Of a stretch of 64,000 nt of DNA, positions 55,967 to 64,000 are shown one piece after another. Where the stretch lies: assembly GCF_049240685.1 (NCBI RefSeq), contig NZ_JBMLSD010000409.1:32-64031 (forward strand), given 5' to 3'. The notes under the pieces were generated by a model, which was given only the letters and a program-made list of their open reading frames with translations, had not been told where the DNA came from and ran no database searches. The DNA comes from Flectobacillus sp. (lineage in GTDB: Bacteria; Bacteroidota; Bacteroidia; Cytophagales; Spirosomataceae). How positions within the stretch are numbered: the first letter of the stretch is position 1; each line of letters opens with the position of its first letter. A program made the position numbers and the translations under genes.

Positions 55967-58591
55967 GTGCAAAAATCAATTTTCAGTAAAAAAATCACTT
56001 TACTATTTTTAAGTGCTGTAGCTACATTATTATTAGGTAGATATTTTCAACTATCATTTCTGTTATTTCTTTTTCCTGTTTTTGCAATAAGATATTTAAG
56101 AAATCAGGAACTACTAAAAGGTTTTTTATTACTATTTGCAGGAAGCCTTACGGCAATTCTTATTTCATTTTGGGGTATTGCAGCTCATATGTTTAGCTCA
56201 AATGCTGTATTTGTTGTAGTGATGGCTGTTTCTACTTTAATTGGTTTGATGCCCATTTTATTAGATGCCTGGTTATTCAAAAAAGGGTTCAATCAGTTAT
56301 GGCTTATTAGCATTTATCCATTTTCTAAAATTTTCCTCGAATACATTGGTTCTGCAAATAGTCCTTTTGGCATTTGGGGTTCGCAGGCAAGCTTACTAGC
56401 AGGTTGGGAACCACTTAATAATATTGTCGCTTATGGTGGCATTTGGGCTCTATCCTTACTAGTGTCATTTTTCTCTTCGATTTTAGTTTACCTACTTCAA
56501 AATAGACCTAATAACAATAAATCAAAGTCATTAATGCTTAGCTATGGCTTGGTTGTGGCTGTAATAGCCATTTGGGGAGCGAAGGACATTAAAAAGTATA
56601 ATCCACAAGAAAAAGTAAAAGTTGCAGTGGTTTTGGCAAATGACAGCCTTAGAACCGAACCTGTTAATAGAATCTACCATCATTTATTAAACCAAAAAAT
56701 ACAAACAGTTTCTGCAACTGATTCAATGTATTACCACAATGCTTTTGAACTATCTAATACTGAATTATTAAATCAAGCTGTAAAAGCTGCCGATAGTGGA
56801 GCTAAAATTATTTTTTGTGCCGAAGGAAACGTTGTGTTAATGAAAAATGATGAGCAGGCATTTATAGAATCGGTTAAAAAAATAGCAAAAGAGAAGTTGG
56901 TTTATATAGGAATTGCAGCCGAAGTATTTAGTGCTGATCAACCTAAACCGGTTGAGAATAAAATTATTTTCATACGTCCTGATGGTAGTATTGGTTTTGA
57001 ATATTTCAAACATTATCCTATTGGTATTGAAAAAGATTTAATGGTGGTTGGCGATGGAAATATTCCGGTATGCAATACTGAATATGGAAAAATATCGGCA
57101 GTAATTTGCTTTGATACAGACTTTATTACTTATGCCCGAAAAGCAGGTAGCCTAAGTCCTGATATTTTGTTTGCACCATCAAACGATTGGGAAGCAATTG
57201 CAGTATTAAGAGGTAAAATTACCCGTTATAGAGCCTTAGAAAATGGTTTTACATTGGTTCGTCCTACATCACACGGAGTTACAGAAATGGTTGCACCTAA
57301 TGGCAAGTTAATCTTTGCAAATAATTATTTCCAGAATCCAACCCGTGTTTTATTGGCCGATGTGCCTTCAAAAAATAAAACAACTGCTTATATAAAATGG
57401 GGCGATTGGCTGCCAAAATTGGCTGCAATAATGTTGGTGATTTTATTAGTAACCTATTTTATAAAATCTAAAAGAAAAATGAGCAATAACAATACGCTAC
57501 TCTTTTGTATGGCAATACTTTTTTGCCTTCCTGTAATGTCTATGGCACAAAATAATAATAGTATAGATACAACTAAAAAAGGTCCTACTTCAAGAATCAA
57601 AAAATCAAAAACAGTGTTGTTTCCTGCTATTTCATATGCACCTGAAACCAATCTTGCTTTAGGGGTATCTGCTATGCATTTTTATAAGCAATCAGGCAAT
57701 GCTACTCTTTCAAATATTAGTTGTAATCTACTGTACACTTTTAATAAGCAATTCATTAATGAACTCAATGTTGTTCACTATACATCCAATAATAATTATC
57801 TTTTTAAAGCAGCTTTTGCATTCAATAAATTCCCGGAAAATTTTTATGGTATTGGTAATAAAACTGAAGAACAAAATCAGGTGACAATATCATACAATGC
57901 AGTAAAGGCAGATATTTCAACACTTAAAAAAATACATACCAATACTTATTTCGGACTGTATTATTCTTATGCTAACTATTATAATATATACGCTGACAAT
58001 ACGAATTCAAATTTGCTTGATACATTAAACGGAGGTAAAAATAATATCAAGTCTGGCTTAGGTTTTGAAGTATTGTACGATTCAAGAGACAACATCAACA
58101 ATAGTTCGAAAGGGTATTATGCTTCCTTGAAAACAAGTTGGATGAATAAAGCATTAGGTTCAAGTACCAATTATTTCTCTGTTGATGCAGATGTGAGAAA
58201 ATATCGTCAGTTGAAATCTGGAGCAATATTGGCTTTGCAAGGTGTAGCTAAAATTAAAGAAGGCGAAGTGCCTTTTACACAGCTTTCTTATTTAGGTGGC
58301 AATAATATAATGAGAGGATTTTATGCAGGGCGTTTTCGTGATAATGATTTGATAGCATTTCAAGCTGAATACAGAAGGCATTTGTGGCGTCAATGGGGCT
58401 TTGTATTATTTGCAGGTACAGGTAAAGTAGGCAGCTCAATAGAGGAAATAAATACCAAAGAGTTGCAACATTCTTTAGGTTTTGGTTTCAGAAGAACCAT
58501 CAGTAAACAACAAAAATTGAATTTACGTATTGATGTAGGTTATGGTAATGGACAATGTAATTTTTATGTAAATATTGGTGAAGCTTTCTAA
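55967..58591 (+). CDS. In-frame fusion ORF: Lnt-like polytopic CN-hydrolase acyltransferase (aa 1-504) plus an Omp85/surface-antigen-type beta-barrel with its own signal peptide (from M505, nt 57479)
   Basis: The N-terminal half has multiple TM helices and a nitrilase-type E/K/C candidate triad (FCAEGN, KHYPIG, AVICFD), then a final TM. MSNNNTLLFCMAILFCLPVMSMAQ follows. The barrel has an MRGF loop motif and a terminal ...NIGEAF. Confidence 0.6.
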   Translation: MQKSIFSKKITLLFLSAVATLLLGRYFQLSFLLFLFPVFAIRYLRNQELLKGFLLLFAGSLTAILISFWGIAAHMFSSNAVFVVVMAVSTLIGLMPILLDAWLFKKGFNQLWLISIYPFSKIFLEYIGSANSPFGIWGSQASLLAGWEPLNNIVAYGGIWALSLLVSFFSSILVYLLQNRPNNNKSKSLMLSYGLVVAVIAIWGAKDIKKYNPQEKVKVAVVLANDSLRTEPVNRIYHHLLNQKIQTVSATDSMYYHNAFELSNTELLNQAVKAADSGAKIIFCAEGNVVLMKNDEQAFIESVKKIAKEKLVYIGIAAEVFSADQPKPVENKIIFIRPDGSIGFEYFKHYPIGIEKDLMVVGDGNIPVCNTEYGKISAVICFDTDFITYARKAGSLSPDILFAPSNDWEAIAVLRGKITRYRALENGFTLVRPTSHGVTEMVAPNGKLIFANNYFQNPTRVLLADVPSKNKTTAYIKWGDWLPKLAAIMLVILLVTYFIKSKRKMSNNNTLLFCMAILFCLPVMSMAQNNNSIDTTKKGPTSRIKKSKTVLFPAISYAPETNLALGVSAMHFYKQSGNATLSNISCNLLYTFNKQFINELNVVHYTSNNNYLFKAAFAFNKFPENFYGIGNKTEEQNQVTISYNAVKADISTLKKIHTNTYFGLYYSYANYYNIYADNTNSNLLDTLNGGKNNIKSGLGFEVLYDSRDNINNSSKGYYASLKTSWMNKALGSSTNYFSVDADVRKYRQLKSGAILALQGVAKIKEGEVPFTQLSYLGGNNIMRGFYAGRFRDNDLIAFQAEYRRHLWRQWGFVLFAGTGKVGSSIEEINTKELQHSLGFGFRRTISKQQKLNLRIDVGYGNGQCNFYVNIGEAF

Positions 58592-58610
58592 ATTTTTAAA
58601 ACTATATTTT

Positions 58611-59966
58611 ATGGCACGAAAACTAATAATCATTGTTGCTTTTTTCAATGCAACATTAATGGTTAATGCTCAAGAAGCATTTGATTCTGTTAATTATGCT
58701 AACAGGTACAATCAATTATTCCCGGCATTTAATAACAGTCATTCTGTGAGTAAGCAATTATCAAGAACTGAAAAAATTGCGGGGCTTAGTACTTTTTGGA
58801 GCGAAGCAAAATTTGGTTTTGCCAACTTTGATTTAGTGCCTAGTTTAAATTGGGATTCAGCTTATTTAGCTTTCATTCCCAAAGTTGAAGCAACAAAAAC
58901 AGTTAGCGGTTATTACAAGGTTTTGAAACAGTTTAATCAGCTGTTAAAAGATGGGCATAGCCGAATTATGGAACCTCAATATTTATTTGAACAGTCAACT
59001 TTTTCAGTACCGCTACAAGTAAAATGTATTGAAGGAAAAGCCATTATTACTGCATTGTTAGAAAATAAAAATCTGCCATTATCTGTTAAAGTTGGTAATG
59101 AAATTATAGCAGTTGATGATGTGCCAGTTCAGCAATTTATTAGAAACAAAATTTCACCATTTATTAAATTCTCAACCTCACAGGATAGCATTGCACGTAT
59201 ATATAGTTATGAGTTACTTAGCGGTGCTAAAAACAGTAAAGTGCAACTCACTTTAAAAGACAATAATGGTGTGCAGCAGCAATACATTCTTTCTAGAACG
59301 AGAGATTTAAATGAAATAACACCTGTAACTTTTACTTGGTTAAAAGACAGTATAGCTTATATTTCTATAAATAGTTTCATCAGTAGTAAAACCCCTGAAC
59401 AATTTGATAGTTTATTCAATGTTATAGCTGTTTCAAGAGGGCTAATAATTGATGTTAGAAACAATCGTGGTGGAAATAGTAATAACGGCTATGAAATATT
59501 AGGAAGGCTAACTGACACAGCCTTTGCTACAAATCAAAGTATTTTTCACAAATATAATCCTGCACAACGTTCATGGGGTAATCCAGCTAATGAAATTGAA
59601 AAAAACCAGTTTTGGTGGAAGCCATATAAAAAAGATACTTATAAAAAGCCTGTGGTATTGCTAACTGGTGCATTGACCTATTCTGCCGCAGAAGATTTTA
59701 CAGCAGCATTTAAGTGTATGAAAAGAGGTCTTGTTATAGGTGAGAAAACAGGTGGAAGTACTGGTAATCCAATGGCATTTGCGTTACCAGGTGGTGGTAT
59801 TGGCTTTGTTTGTTCTAAAAGAGATTTGATGCCCGATGGAACAGAATTCGTAGGAAAAGGCATTAGCCCCAATATCGAAATAGCCGAAAAAATCGAAGAA
59901 ATAAAAGGGGGGAAAGATGTTGTCCTTGCAAGAGCTATTCAGTCAATTACTCAATTAATAAAATAA
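58611..59966 (+). CDS. S41-family (tail-specific/C-terminal processing) peptidase
   Basis: Signal peptide from ATG 58611. Motifs IIDVRNNRGGNS and LLTGALTYSAAEDF. Confidence 0.75.
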   Translation: MARKLIIIVAFFNATLMVNAQEAFDSVNYANRYNQLFPAFNNSHSVSKQLSRTEKIAGLSTFWSEAKFGFANFDLVPSLNWDSAYLAFIPKVEATKTVSGYYKVLKQFNQLLKDGHSRIMEPQYLFEQSTFSVPLQVKCIEGKAIITALLENKNLPLSVKVGNEIIAVDDVPVQQFIRNKISPFIKFSTSQDSIARIYSYELLSGAKNSKVQLTLKDNNGVQQQYILSRTRDLNEITPVTFTWLKDSIAYISINSFISSKTPEQFDSLFNVIAVSRGLIIDVRNNRGGNSNNGYEILGRLTDTAFATNQSIFHKYNPAQRSWGNPANEIEKNQFWWKPYKKDTYKKPVVLLTGALTYSAAEDFTAAFKCMKRGLVIGEKTGGSTGNPMAFALPGGGIGFVCSKRDLMPDGTEFVGKGISPNIEIAEKIEEIKGGKDVVLARAIQSITQLIK

Positions 59967-59977
59967 ACGATCATTTT

Positions 59978-60364
59978 ATGAAATACTTAATCTCAGTAAT
60001 TTTTTCACTAACAATTTCTTTCACAATGGCACAGCAAAACGGAATAATCAGAAAAAATTTAGACACTGTAATAATGAATCAAATAGTTTCAAAAGTTGAA
60101 GTACAAGAAATTACATTTCCACCTAATCAGGTTGCACCAAAGCATTTGCATCCTTGTCCTGTAGTGGGTTATATCAAGTCAGGGGCAGTACTTTTTCAAA
60201 TAGAAGGCAAAGAGCCTGTTATACTTAAAGAAGGTGATTCCTTTTATGAACCAAAGAACTCAAATATTATTCATTTCGACAATGCTTCGAAAGATAAGCC
60301 AATGACTTTTATCGCTTTCTATATAAAAGAAGCAAATGAAGAAAATGTAAAGTTGGTACAATAG
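59978..60364 (+). CDS. Secreted cupin-domain protein
   Basis: Signal peptide. Cupin motifs APKHLHPCPVVGYIKSG and GDSFYEP. Confidence 0.6.
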   Translation: MKYLISVIFSLTISFTMAQQNGIIRKNLDTVIMNQIVSKVEVQEITFPPNQVAPKHLHPCPVVGYIKSGAVLFQIEGKEPVILKEGDSFYEPKNSNIIHFDNASKDKPMTFIAFYIKEANEENVKLVQ

Positions 60365-60424
60365 TATAATTAACCATTGTGTTTTAAGCATTTTTATTGT
60401 TAGACTATTAAATCAAAATTAATT

Positions 60425-60823
60425 ATGCCATTTGTTCGTATTAGTCTTCCTGATTCGTTAACGGATGTTACAAAAGAAAACATATCAATATCTGTACATC
60501 AATCATTAATGCAGGAATTTAATATACCCGAAAACGATTTTTTCCATGTAATAGAAGAGTTAAAACCTAATCAAATAAAATTCCCTAAACATTATTTAGG
60601 AGTATCTCATACTTCAGATATTGTATTCATTCAGATTATTGCAGGAAAAGGACGCACAGTAGAACAAAAAAGAGGCTTGTATAAAGAAATTGCAAGAAGA
60701 ATTACGAGTACAACATCTATTACTAAAAACAATATTATTATAGTGCTTGTCGAAAATGAAGGTAAGCAAAATTGGTCCTTCGGAAACGAAGAAATACAGG
60801 AACCTAAACATTTATTCAAATGA
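60425..60823 (+). CDS. Tautomerase-superfamily protein
   Basis: It starts MPFVRISL (catalytic Pro1 after Met removal). 132 aa. Confidence 0.5.
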   Translation: MPFVRISLPDSLTDVTKENISISVHQSLMQEFNIPENDFFHVIEELKPNQIKFPKHYLGVSHTSDIVFIQIIAGKGRTVEQKRGLYKEIARRITSTTSITKNNIIIVLVENEGKQNWSFGNEEIQEPKHLFK

Positions 60824-61203
60824 ATATATCAAATATATGCCGTTGCTTAAATAATGCAGTAGTAGACGAAAATGTAGGCATAAAATTAGCCTTTTTAACA
60901 GGTAATGAAAAAATGTCTGTGTTTGCAATCGAATTGGCAATTGAACAATCTATTCCTGCTCACTACCATAAACAAGATATAGAAACCTATTATATTCTCG
61001 AAGGTTCTGGTACTGTTTATAAAGGAAATCTTGAGAATGAAAAGACAAACTGGAATACGGAAATAATTGTGAATCAGGGCGATTGCTTTACAATTTATCC
61101 CAACGAAGTTCACAGGTTTAAAAACACATCAAATACAAAGCTTCGTATTCTTGGTACAGCACCGCTGAGCCATAGTCTGTACGACAGATATTTTGTTGAA
61201 TAG
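60820..61203 (+). CDS. Cupin-domain protein
   Basis: PAHYHKQDIETYYILEGSG ... GDCFTIYPNEVHRF. A 4-nt overlap links it to the upstream gene. Confidence 0.6.
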   Translation: MNISNICRCLNNAVVDENVGIKLAFLTGNEKMSVFAIELAIEQSIPAHYHKQDIETYYILEGSGTVYKGNLENEKTNWNTEIIVNQGDCFTIYPNEVHRFKNTSNTKLRILGTAPLSHSLYDRYFVE

Positions 61204-61276
61204 AAATGAGCCAATCTTCTAAGAAACACTAATAATAAATCAACTTAAATACATACAAAAGTTAAAAATATTAAAC

Positions 61277-61795
61277 ATGACAGATAAGACCATCTATCAA
61301 AATGCACCGGAATATTGTCATTATTATTTCGACCTAGTTGAAACAGATGACTTAATCGCAGAACTAGAAAAAAGTTATTATGAAACACTAAAGTTATTGA
61401 GTGTAATTACACCCCACAATGAAAACTATAGCTATCAGGCGGATAAATGGTCAATAAAGGAGGTTGTAAGACATATTATTGACTGTGAAAGGGTTTTCGC
61501 ATATAGAGCATTTCGTTTTTCAAGATTTGATGAAACACCACTATCTGGCTTCGATGAAAATAAATACATAAATAGTCTTAAAGGCGTTGATATAAATCTA
61601 ACTGGGCTAAAAGATGAATTCGAAGATGTTAGAAAATCTACATTGACCATGTTTAAAGCAATGACAAATGATATGTTAGATTTTAAAGGTAGAGCTAACA
61701 ATGTTTATTTTACTACAAGGTCTCTCGGATTTATGATTGTTGGTCATACTATTCATCATACCAATTTTTTACAAAAAAATTATTTAAAATGTTAG
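61277..61795 (+). CDS. DinB-family (DinB_2) four-helix-bundle protein
   Basis: SIKEVVRHIIDCERVF ... VGHTIHHTNFL histidine pattern. Confidence 0.6.
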   Translation: MTDKTIYQNAPEYCHYYFDLVETDDLIAELEKSYYETLKLLSVITPHNENYSYQADKWSIKEVVRHIIDCERVFAYRAFRFSRFDETPLSGFDENKYINSLKGVDINLTGLKDEFEDVRKSTLTMFKAMTNDMLDFKGRANNVYFTTRSLGFMIVGHTIHHTNFLQKNYLKC

Positions 61796-61896
61796 AACCT
61801 GATAACATCATTATAGCTAGTGTTTATATGATGAAGTTTTGACATTAACGTGATTCAATCATACCTTAAAATTAAAAAATCAATAAAACTTAATTT

Positions 61897-62181
61897 ATGT
61901 TCATTATCCAACTAACTTATACTAAGTCATTAAGAGAAGTAGATAATTTTCTTGCAGAGCATAAACAATACCTGCAAAAATATTATGATAGAGATATATT
62001 CTTATTGTCTGGTCGTAAAAATCCACGAACTGGTGGTGTCATCTTAGCTAATGCAAAAGACAAAGCAATTATTGAACAAATAATAACAGAGGATCCATTT
62101 CATAAAAATGGTGTAGCAGAATATACAATTATTGAATTTTTGCCTACTATGGCAGGCAACTCTTTGAAGCACTTAATATAA
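61897..62181 (+). CDS. YciI-family protein
   Basis: 94 aa. LLSGRKNPRTGGVILA...DPFHKNGVAEYTIIEF matches the YCII pattern. Confidence 0.6.
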   Translation: MFIIQLTYTKSLREVDNFLAEHKQYLQKYYDRDIFLLSGRKNPRTGGVILANAKDKAIIEQIITEDPFHKNGVAEYTIIEFLPTMAGNSLKHLI

Positions 62182-62186
62182 TCGAA

Positions 62187-62969
62187 ATGAGAAAGCTTCA
62201 TAACAGATATTTATATTTTTCAATATTATTGCTAACATTCCAACTAGTTAATGCACAGCAAAGTGATACCATCAACATTACAGCTTCAAATATCAAACTC
62301 AATGAATTAAAATTCACAAAAGCTTGCTATTTAGTCTATAATACGAAGACAAAAAATAGTCCAGCTGAAGGAATTTACATGGTCAATATAAATGTCACCA
62401 AATCCATTTATAAACAACAACCTGCTGTTATAATAAACCAACAATGGGATGGTAAGGATACAATTATACACCAAGCATATACTGTTTTAAAAAAAACAGA
62501 TTTATCCACCCGTTTTCATTCAATATATTGGCGTGGTCTTAAATATTCTGCCAAGTTTGATTTTGATGAAAGAAATATTTCTTTTCAAGGAGTAATTGCA
62601 GATAGTAATAAACAAAAAATAACTACGGCATTCAATGAGTCATTTGAGACATACAATCTAAACTGGCATTCTGATTTATTTGTTTTCACTTGTTTGCCTT
62701 ACAAAACTTTTAGAACATTTAGAATAAACTTTTTTGATCCTGGTTTTGGTAGACCAAGTCAGGAATTTTATACTGTCATTGGTAGTGATGCACTAAAAAT
62801 TTCTAATAGGAGGATTCATTGTTGGGTAATGCAAAGAACAGGTAAATCGGCAGGTAGTTATCAAAAATTTTGGATAGATAAGAAAACAAAGCTTGTCATC
62901 AAAGAAGAAGACTTCTCTAACAATGGCTATCGATTTAAACTAAAAGTAGAAGTTGACGAAAATGCCTAA
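62187..62969 (+). CDS. Hypothetical secreted protein
   Basis: Signal peptide ILLLTFQLVNAQ. No motif was recognised. Confidence 0.4.
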   Translation: MRKLHNRYLYFSILLLTFQLVNAQQSDTINITASNIKLNELKFTKACYLVYNTKTKNSPAEGIYMVNINVTKSIYKQQPAVIINQQWDGKDTIIHQAYTVLKKTDLSTRFHSIYWRGLKYSAKFDFDERNISFQGVIADSNKQKITTAFNESFETYNLNWHSDLFVFTCLPYKTFRTFRINFFDPGFGRPSQEFYTVIGSDALKISNRRIHCWVMQRTGKSAGSYQKFWIDKKTKLVIKEEDFSNNGYRFKLKVEVDENA

Positions 62970-63018
62970 CAAAATCCAGGAAAATATTTGTTATATAAAT
63001 TGGTAATTAATTAAAATT

Positions 63019-63996
63019 ATGCAAATGAAAGCGTTAATCTTTAATCAAAAAGGAGCAACAGATCAAATTTTAGAATACAGTGAAGTAGTTCTTAATAATA
63101 GATCATCGAATGAAGTAACAGTTAAATTATTAGCTAGTCCTATTAACCCTGCTGATTTTATGTTTATTGAAAAATCATACAGAATTGAACCTGTATTTCC
63201 CCAAATCGCAGGTTTCGAAGGTGCAGGTTTAATTATAGACAATGGAGGAGATGAAAATTATCCAATAGATGCACTTGTGGCATTTCGCCACAAAAATGTA
63301 TGGGCAGAGTTTGTCAACGTTCCAAAAGATAAAATAATAATGCTACCCCAGCACATGCCTATCGAAAAGGCTGCTCAGCTTTCATTAAACCCTATTACAG
63401 CATGGGCGTTACTAGAATTATCTGAAGCTAAAAAAGGTGAATGGATAATTCTTTCTGCCGCAAATTCAGCTTTATGTAAGTTAATAATCCAGTTCGCAAA
63501 AAGTAGAAGTATTAAAACCCTGGCAATTATTAGAAATGAACACGAAGCAAATGCAGTATTGGAGTTAGGTGCAACAGAGTTTATTATCGATAAAACAAAT
63601 AATTTCGAAAATAAAATGACTGCTCTTACAAATGGCGAAACAATAGCTGCATTCCTAGATGCTGTTGGAGGTGAACTTGCTACTAAAGTCATAAATGTAA
63701 TTTCTAAAAACGGAAGAATCATACACTATGGGTTATTTAGTGAAGACCTCGTTTCTTATCACAACAGTTCTATAATATTTCGAAACTTACATATTATGGG
63801 TTTTGGTATAGATGCTTGGTTGGAATCCAAAACAAAAGAAGAGTTGCAAATAATTTGGGATTCAATTATTGATGCTTTGAACAATTCCGATTTCAAAATG
63901 GAAGTTATTTCAAAACATTCTTTAGAAGATTACAAAAATGCTATTACAAATAGTAAATCTGGCAAGTCTGGCAAAGTACTCTTCTGGCTCAATTAA
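63019..63996 (+). CDS. MDR-superfamily NAD(P)H oxidoreductase (quinone reductase / enoyl reductase-like)
   Basis: INPADFMFIEKSY and GFEGAG N-terminal GroES-like part. Rossmann segment ILSAANSALCKLIIQFAK. Confidence 0.65.
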   Translation: MQMKALIFNQKGATDQILEYSEVVLNNRSSNEVTVKLLASPINPADFMFIEKSYRIEPVFPQIAGFEGAGLIIDNGGDENYPIDALVAFRHKNVWAEFVNVPKDKIIMLPQHMPIEKAAQLSLNPITAWALLELSEAKKGEWIILSAANSALCKLIIQFAKSRSIKTLAIIRNEHEANAVLELGATEFIIDKTNNFENKMTALTNGETIAAFLDAVGGELATKVINVISKNGRIIHYGLFSEDLVSYHNSSIIFRNLHIMGFGIDAWLESKTKEELQIIWDSIIDALNNSDFKMEVISKHSLEDYKNAITNSKSGKSGKVLFWLN

Positions 63997-64000
63997 TGAA

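Overview
AT-rich Bacteroidota-type DNA (SusC/SusD pair, DUF4248/VirE/primase block, TAnnTTTG-like promoter boxes). It looks like a multi-replicon plasmid or plasmid-derived island. Bases 1-38,700 are accessory backbone. They hold a CPBP protease gene and an IS256-family element whose transposase has an in-frame TGA. Replicon 1 follows: small ParA, an RHH protein, 22-bp iterons, two DnaA boxes and a Rep gene. Next is a VirE / Toprim-primase / DUF4248 module with unusual phased repeat arrays. A defence island is read on the minus strand: WYL regulator -> type I R-M (hsdM, DUF1016 nuclease, hsdS, hsdR) -> a 1026-aa orphan protein plus a 1981-aa DEAH-helicase/DUF1998 giant. That pair resembles Druantia type III and is the best candidate for the unusual system. 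After it comes a 2.8-kb cassette of decaying lipoprotein genes bracketed by ~188-bp inverted repeats, then an AraC regulator, a split HipB-HipS-HipT-like toxin-antitoxin, and replicon 2 (ParB, ParA, Rep, 21-bp iterons, inverted DnaA boxes). Bases 38,000-53,800 are a sialic-acid utilisation locus (GntR regulator, SusC/D, NanA, NanM, MFS, AGE epimerase, GH33 sialidase, two esterases), interrupted by an inactivated IS3-family element. Bases 53,800-64,000 are mostly ordinary genes, apart from a possible Argonaute C-terminal remnant and an in-frame Lnt-like/Omp85-like fusion ORF. No rRNA, tRNA or CRISPR array was seen. All functional calls come from motif reading by eye; no database search was possible.
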